A program made the position numbers and the translations under genes. From assembly GCA_030141605.1 (NCBI GenBank), contig JAQGDQ010000119.1, positions 173,652 through 237,651 on the forward strand: 64,000 bases of DNA. The letters are read 5' to 3'. Source of the stretch: Tubiluchus corallicola (lineage: Eukaryota > Animalia > Priapulida). The notes under the pieces are model-generated. The model did no database searches. It had not been told where the DNA came from and saw only the letters and a program-made list of their open reading frames with translations. Below are positions 57,900 to 64,000 of this stretch, in pieces. How positions within the stretch are numbered: position 1 is the first letter of the stretch; each line of letters starts with the position of its first letter.

Positions 57900-59400
57900 G
57901 ACTCGTGCATTTATTTGCATTAGACTATTTGGACATTAGTCTATTACAAACGGCGCGCAATGTTTGCTTGTCACTTGTCAATGGTCACTTGTTTTATATA
58001 GTTTATAACCAGGTACGTATCAGAAATCTTCTAACAATGCTAGAAGTGTTTCCATTGATTTTTCCACTGTATTTAATACAGTACAGCCACACTTTTTACC
58101 GGAAAAGCTTACCAAGTTTGAGGTTCCGTGCATATGAAGCAAATTATCTTAGATTTTATGACGAATAGAAGACAGTTTGCTCAGACTAAGTCTGAAGTCT
58201 CATCTATCACTGTGGTCAACACGGGAAGTCCGCGAGGTCGTGTCTTGTCCCCTCTGATTTTGTGCTATACGCAGATGATTTAAGTTGCAATAAAAACAAT
58301 TCATAAATTATGCTGATGACACTGTGATTTTAGGTGTTGTTTAAACAACGATGAGTTCGACTATAAACAGTAGTCCGACTGACTTGTATAAACAGTAGTC
58401 CAAATACCATTGAGTGGCGCAGTAATAATTTCCTGGACTAAAATTGAGGAAATCATCTTCGACTTCCGAAAGAATAAATCTAGGATTTTGCATGTCTTCA
58501 TCAATGATACTGAGGCAGAAATAATAGATGAGTATACGTACGCTGGATGTTTCATTGATAGAAAATTAACATTCTCTTTGCATGTCTCTGGCCACGGGCG
58601 TATTAACCAATAAGTTAACTAGGTTATAGCTAGGCCGCCAAAGTTTGAGGGACGTCACATTTTAGGCGCCCAATTTTAAAAAAATCTTATTCTCATCGGA
58701 AAATATGTATCCGTTCATATTATTGTAAAACAAGGATTGTATAACACACCACAGGCAGTTACTGATTGAAGTTTCTATATAAGTGCAATATAACGAACAT
58801 GTACAAGGTATTACACAACAACCAGTTGCCCATTATTTTTCATATGAACGTAGTTCATATACATGTAATTAGCAATGACCATGTAGAAACTAGCTTAACA
58901 ATATTACTAATACACCACAAGTAAAATTTTAATCTGTTTACAATCATCAATTCATAACACAGACGGGCGGAACAGATCTGTCGGCCTAGGGCGTCGTAAA
59001 GTCTTCATACGCCCCTGTCTCTGTCACGTAATCAGCATGGCTAATACAAGAAAATGTTGATAATTCACTAATAATTATGTTTCATAACATAACAATGTCT
59101 TCTGTTCTTCATAACTTAACTACTGTAATGTGGCCTTTTTTCACACGCTTACAAACTACTGTAAAATCGATTTGGATAGACAAAGAAGAAAATGTGTAAG
59201 GTTCGTTGATAAGAATAATGAACATCATATTCCTGACCGTACTGTTCTGTGTAATGATGATATGTTACTGAGGATGTTAGAGAGAATTATGTCAGACAAT
59301 TTTATTTCTCTACATGGAGAATTTAAGTTTCTTCGACACAAAGTAAGATTCAAGAACCAATCGCTTTAAATTTTCGTTTGTGTCCACGTCAGTCAAAGCA
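57900..59400 (+). mobile_element. Rex1/Babar-like LINE reverse-transcriptase remnant split by a MITE
   Basis: Degenerate RT motifs IDFSTVFNTVQPH..EKL, NTGSPRGRVLSPL, YADDTVILG, IFDFRK and EYTYAGCFIDRKLTF; resumes after 59017. Confidence 0.78.
58593..59017 (-). mobile_element. hAT MITE family B, inserted in a LINE remnant
   Basis: Same terminal sequences as 1538-1752 in reverse orientation; TSD tctctggc/tctctgtc. Confidence 0.8.
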
Positions 59401-60289
59401 CTAAACAGAGCTAAACACTTTACAATGTATGTTTAAGCTTTATTTTAATTGTAGCATTTGGATTTAGATCTACAACTAAATGCAGTTGCAAACACGTTCA
59501 GTTAATTGTTTCTTAACTAGTCACTGCAAAGGGTAAAGAAAAAAATTATGTACAGATAGGCCTATCATTAGTATATAATTATTACCAATGAAGTTGGTTA
59601 TGTCTGTGTGTATGTCCAGGGCGTACTTAAGAATAATACGATAAAATATGTATAATAGTAGTTGGACTCAGTAGTTATTTATTCTTTAGTGATGCATTTT
59701 AATTATTTTTCCCCTTACAACTGTTATTATTTTTCATTATTACTGTTTTGTCCCACGCTTACTGGATTTTTGTACTGCCGATTTCAAGGTTTTGTAAAAG
59801 AAACCTAAAACGGAGAAAGAGAGAATATTTGTTATTATAAGTCTTTTTATTAAACAATAAATACATTGTTTCCCCTCTATTTGCAGGGGTTCGTTTACAA
59901 AATATAGCTCTTTACGATAACAACATTATACGTAATGCCAATTTTGTACATACATAGTCTACTAGTAGTGTTTCAGTTTTCTAACTTTTGCATAACTTTT
60001 ACATATATACATCAAAACCACAATATTAACTTTCACAACACCTATTAAGCATAAATTTAAATTATATACATATTTTACACTATATTTTATGTAACGATTA
60101 ACGCAGTACATGTTTTTCTGTAAATATTATTTGAATTAATTTATAACAATTTTTTCGCAAAACATCTCTAACAATATTTACATATGCCTGGCATACATCT
60201 TTATCTCTTTTTAGATAAAGAGAGAGAGAGAGCGGAGAGGGAGAGAGAGCTTAGGCCGCATTAGGTAGTTAGAAAAAAGGAATCCGAGG

Positions 60290-60930
60290 CCCGAACCTCG
60301 GGCAGATTAGGAACTGCCTTGAAGACGGAGGGCTGGCATTGCTATCCTCTTATGTATACCGTGGTTGTTTGATGTTTAATAAATGTGTAGTTTGCTAAAT
60401 AAAGCCTTGATAGTTTGCCATGCCCATCGTGGCTGTTCCACACGCAGTCTTCACGAGCTACAACCACCAACAGAATAAACAACAATAACCAGCAAGCAGC
60501 TATAAATTACCATCATAAACAGACTTTATATCATCAGAATTAGCTATTATTCTGCTATTAGTGTATATGCATTGTATACATTTGTATGTATATATATTGT
60601 AAGTACGCATTTCTAGTAATTCCGTTTTGTAATACAAAAATCTTAGGTCATTCTGCACGAGAACTGTTTGTGGACAGTAATGTACACATGGGCCTATATT
60701 CGGAACCTAAGTAAAAAGTGAGTTTGTAAGAGTTTATAGCTGCTGTTTATTGTTGTTTAACGCTTCTGCCGCTGTATGGCTCGTGACGTAGTGCGTTGTG
60801 AGCAGCCGAGAGGGCATGCCAAACCAACAAGTCTTTATTTACAAGAATTGCACAAGTACAAATAGCGACGAACACAGACGACCCCTCAGCCTCCAGAACA
60901 CCTGCCCTGGCCTTCCTTGAGTTGCCGGCT
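60290..60930. repeat. Pair of diverged ~200-bp inverted repeats
   Basis: aaataaagccttgatagtttgccatgccc...cacgagctacaac...gcagctataaa (60397-60507) is the reverse complement of tttatagctgc...gctcgtg...gggcatgccaaac...tttattt (60734-60840). Confidence 0.65.
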
Positions 60931-61466
60931 ACAATTCCTTGTGTTTTAATCTATTAATCTATCTCCGCGCACATGACTCAAAATCGGTAAAAAAACCATG
61001 AATAATACTTTTCAACAAAAGCAAGGCATGGTTGCATAACAAACTAAATCATATTCAATCACTACTAGTTTGATCAATATAAAAAAACTAGCAACCACAG
61101 ATGGGGTAATTTTTTACCCCACCTTGGTAGGCTAGGGGTTAAGTAGGTCACACATCAGCTGATCATAGGGTGACGTGTCCTATCTAACCTGGCTTCTAGG
61201 CTGAGGTAATAATTTAATTCCGAAGTATCAATTTGACAGGCATTCTCTTTACTAGCTAGGCAAGCGTGCAACATTTTGAGAGGCGCCAGATTTTTACGAC
61301 CCATCGTGTAACTCTCCTCGAAAAATGCAGAATGAAAAAGTATACTGCGAATGTGGCTCTGAGTGACCACGCCCACGAATTTTAAAAGCCTAGTTTTTCC
61401 ATATCGTATCTCCAACTACCTACGCGTTGGGACAATTTTCCTGTGCTGCGTAAGCTTATAATTTAA

Positions 61467-61928
61467 AGGAAGACGGGACGACTGTTTAGACTCAATCTCA
61501 TTTTAATTTACTGTCCAAAATATAAATTTTCACGCCTATAAAAGTTAACAATTGTACCTTATATTTGAATAATTAGCTTGGAATGTTAATTAACGGCAAC
61601 CGAACACAGCTATTGCTTACGTCAGAAACTGACCACAGTTTATGCACTAACAGGCGTCTTCCCTTGCTCATCAAGTACGTTTGCGTAACTGTTACTGCTT
61701 AAATGCGTAATGTCACGAAAAATGGACTTTACATCATATGACGTCAGAAACTATCACTGCAGCTCATAATCATGCTTATCGCGGCACCGCCTTCTATTTT
61801 TCGGCTACGCGAATGTGGCAAAAAGGCGCCGTTGTCAATTTTAGTAGATTCACTAAGCCGCGCGTAGCTTTGAAATTTGGGTAGTAAATTAAAATGAGAT
61901 TCAGTTTAAACAATTGTCCGGTTGTCCT
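61467..61928 (+). mobile_element. Kolobok-like MITE family D copy
   Basis: TTAA|AGGAAGACGGGACG...GGTTGTCCT|TTAA; body homologous to 36624-37166. Confidence 0.82.
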
Positions 61929-62904
61929 TTAAGTTACAGCTCTCTGCATTTAGGCAAATGTACATCTTTTACGTTATTACTTACGTTAAAGGAAAGAACA
62001 AGTCGCTCAGTATGTTACGTTTATTTTCACTTAAATTTAGAAAAAATAGGAAAGAAATTTGCAGAAGAAACTTTCTATAAAGCATAAAAGTAAAATTCGT
62101 TTGAAAATTATTATGTCGTGACTTTCCGTAAGCGGGCGTCGCTTAAGCTAATTCAAACTTCTGCAGCATACCTAACATTCACGCAAAAATGTTACAAAAT
62201 TAGTTGAATAACATGAATCGCGATTGCCTACCTCGAACCTTTTTTACCGCCAGGGAACCACGCACAATCACGGCATAACAAAACAAGTTTACAAAAAAAC
62301 CTCTCTTCGGGCTCTTTCGTCTTTTTCAATCCTTCTTCCTTGTTTGTAGTCGTAAAACTTGAACTGGTTGTAATTTACGGCATCGGTGCTGTCATTTGCA
62401 ACGTGTCACATACCAACTACATGAACTTTGCTTTACATTCACCTTATTGTTTTAGCCTCAGGCAGACGAGTCAGAAATAAGCCGTTCTAGTTTTTGAATG
62501 GCGTCACAGGTACCTGACATTGAGCCGGAAGAATTCAAAAATAAAAGTAATTTACCTTCAAGACATTTAAACACAGCAGTAATCCAGCAAAAAACTAGGT
62601 ACCGCTATGCCTATGGCTTGTCAGTACCACTTCAAATTATTAGCACTGTAGCGTAATTATAACGTCAACATACACAAACAGGCGCTCACACTGACAGCAG
62701 TAACAAACGAGTTTAGTGATATGTCGTTACTAGTTTTGCTGCTCTTGGCAACTTTTGTTACTAAAGCATTCTACAGTATAATGTTATTCATTATTAACGT
62801 GTCAATATATGTGCGCCACTTTGATGAGACTTTGACCTGAACGTCAATGCGTATCTAAGCGTGCCTGTTTTGATATTTTGTAGGTACATGTATAATGTTT
62901 GTAT

Positions 62905-63195
62905 CATAAAACATAACCAGCACAGCACAATATAGCATAACACAACATAACACAGAACAATACAACACAACATAACTCAACTTAAAACAGCATAGGAGAG
63001 GAGATGAGAGAAGAACAGAACAAAACAGAGAAAAGAGGAGGCAGAGGAAGGAAAAGAGGAAGAGAAAAGAAGATACGAGAAGTGGAGAGGAGCTAAGCGG
63101 AGAAGAGGGGAGAGAGTAGGAGAGAAGAGCTAGCAGAGGAGTGGAGAAAAGGAAGAGAACAGAGAAGAGGAGAGCAGAAGAGAGAGGAGCAGAGT
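62905..63195. repeat. Degenerate pentamer simple repeat (ACA(T/C)A, then GAG(G/A)A)
   Basis: 5-bp periodic, purine-rich tract. Confidence 0.75.
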
Positions 63196-63319
63196 CTTGC
63201 ATCCAACCTGCAAAGCGTCTAAGTTTGACCTACATTAAAGTGCTCTAGAGATTTTAATGATTATATCATTCAGACGCTAAGACATTACATTAATTTTAAG
63301 AAGACTTTGACCCAGTGAC

Positions 63320-63575
63320 GGCTTATGTATAGGTACTGTGGAACTGCAGCACCCCCTATTTTCACTCATTATTGTAGATAATATTCAGTATAAGTCTTTT
63401 TTCTTTAGTTCTTTCTTTATACTTATATGGAACCGGAGCACGTGAGGGCAGTACTGTTTGCTTCACAGCTCAAGCAACGTGGTGTTTGGCTGTTGTGCGC
63501 ATGCGGCCTTGCGCATATGTCTGAGATAAGCCCTGTGCTAGCGTCTGCTGCTAGGTAGAAAAGTACTGTGTCTAT
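63320..63575 (+). repeat. Dispersed repeat shared with about 2310-2570
   Basis: gtataggtactgtggaactgca.cacccc...ctttagttctttctttatactt...gtactgtttgcttcacagc occurs at both sites. Confidence 0.75.
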
Positions 63576-63839
63576 CACAGTAACAATTGCCACGTGTTTA
63601 CCATCTACCGTCATATTGTTGGATGTGATAAGGTGTAAACTTAGTGTGTGTAGTTAAAACATACATTATTTAAAACAGCAATTCTGGGTGGTTTTCCCTT
63701 CTTTACCTTCTCTAAAATGCCAATTTATAAATAGTCAGTAGAATACTTATTACAATTCCAATATAAGGTATATATTTATATACATATATATATATATATA
63801 TATATAAGCTTGCATAGCAAAATCATCCATAAGACGTCA

Positions 63840-64000
63840 ATTAAGCTTTTCTAGTTATTCACATATCCTGAATCTCCATTTCATGAGCATCGTCTTGAAA
63901 CCAAGCTCATTGCTCTATGATTTTCTAAGCTGAGATAATCTACATTAGCAAGAGAAATGAGTACAGGGTTAAAAATCTGATTTTTAGTATTTTTGAACAT
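63840..64000 (-). repeat. Dispersed repeat shared with about 7285-7382
   Basis: Reverse complement of tatctcagcttagaaa...gaaatggagattcaggatatgagaataactagaaa. Confidence 0.7.

Overview
AT-rich, intron-containing animal genomic DNA, most likely an invertebrate bilaterian; it is not prokaryotic. Six protein-coding genes can be built by hand with GT-AG splice sites and consistent reading phase. (1) IQCA1/DRC11, minus strand, 17 coding exons, 1353-25955, about 838 aa. (2) A 67-aa LYR-motif microprotein resembling AltMIEF1/MIURF, 28945-29148. (3) A six-finger C2H2 zinc-finger gene starting 168 nt after that stop codon. (4) CDK11 (PITSLRE kinase), 2 coding exons, 789 aa. (5) NDUFB11/ESSS, minus strand, 3 exons. 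(6) A single-coding-exon CHST11-like carbohydrate sulfotransferase. Introns and intergenic DNA are full of non-autonomous DNA transposons (hAT with 8-bp TSDs, Kolobok- and piggyBac-like with TTAA, Tc1/pogo-like with TA), LINE/LTR remnants, tRNA-derived SINE heads and tandem arrays. The three best leads are: a probable bicistronic MIURF-uORF plus zinc-finger transcript (the uORF arrangement known from MIEF1, but with a different host gene); a roughly 210-nt rod-like hairpin whose G-U pairs favour the minus strand (candidate structured ncRNA); and a foldback element carrying a higher-order repeat array that fills IQCA1 intron 6. Family assignments come from recalled motifs; no database searches were run.
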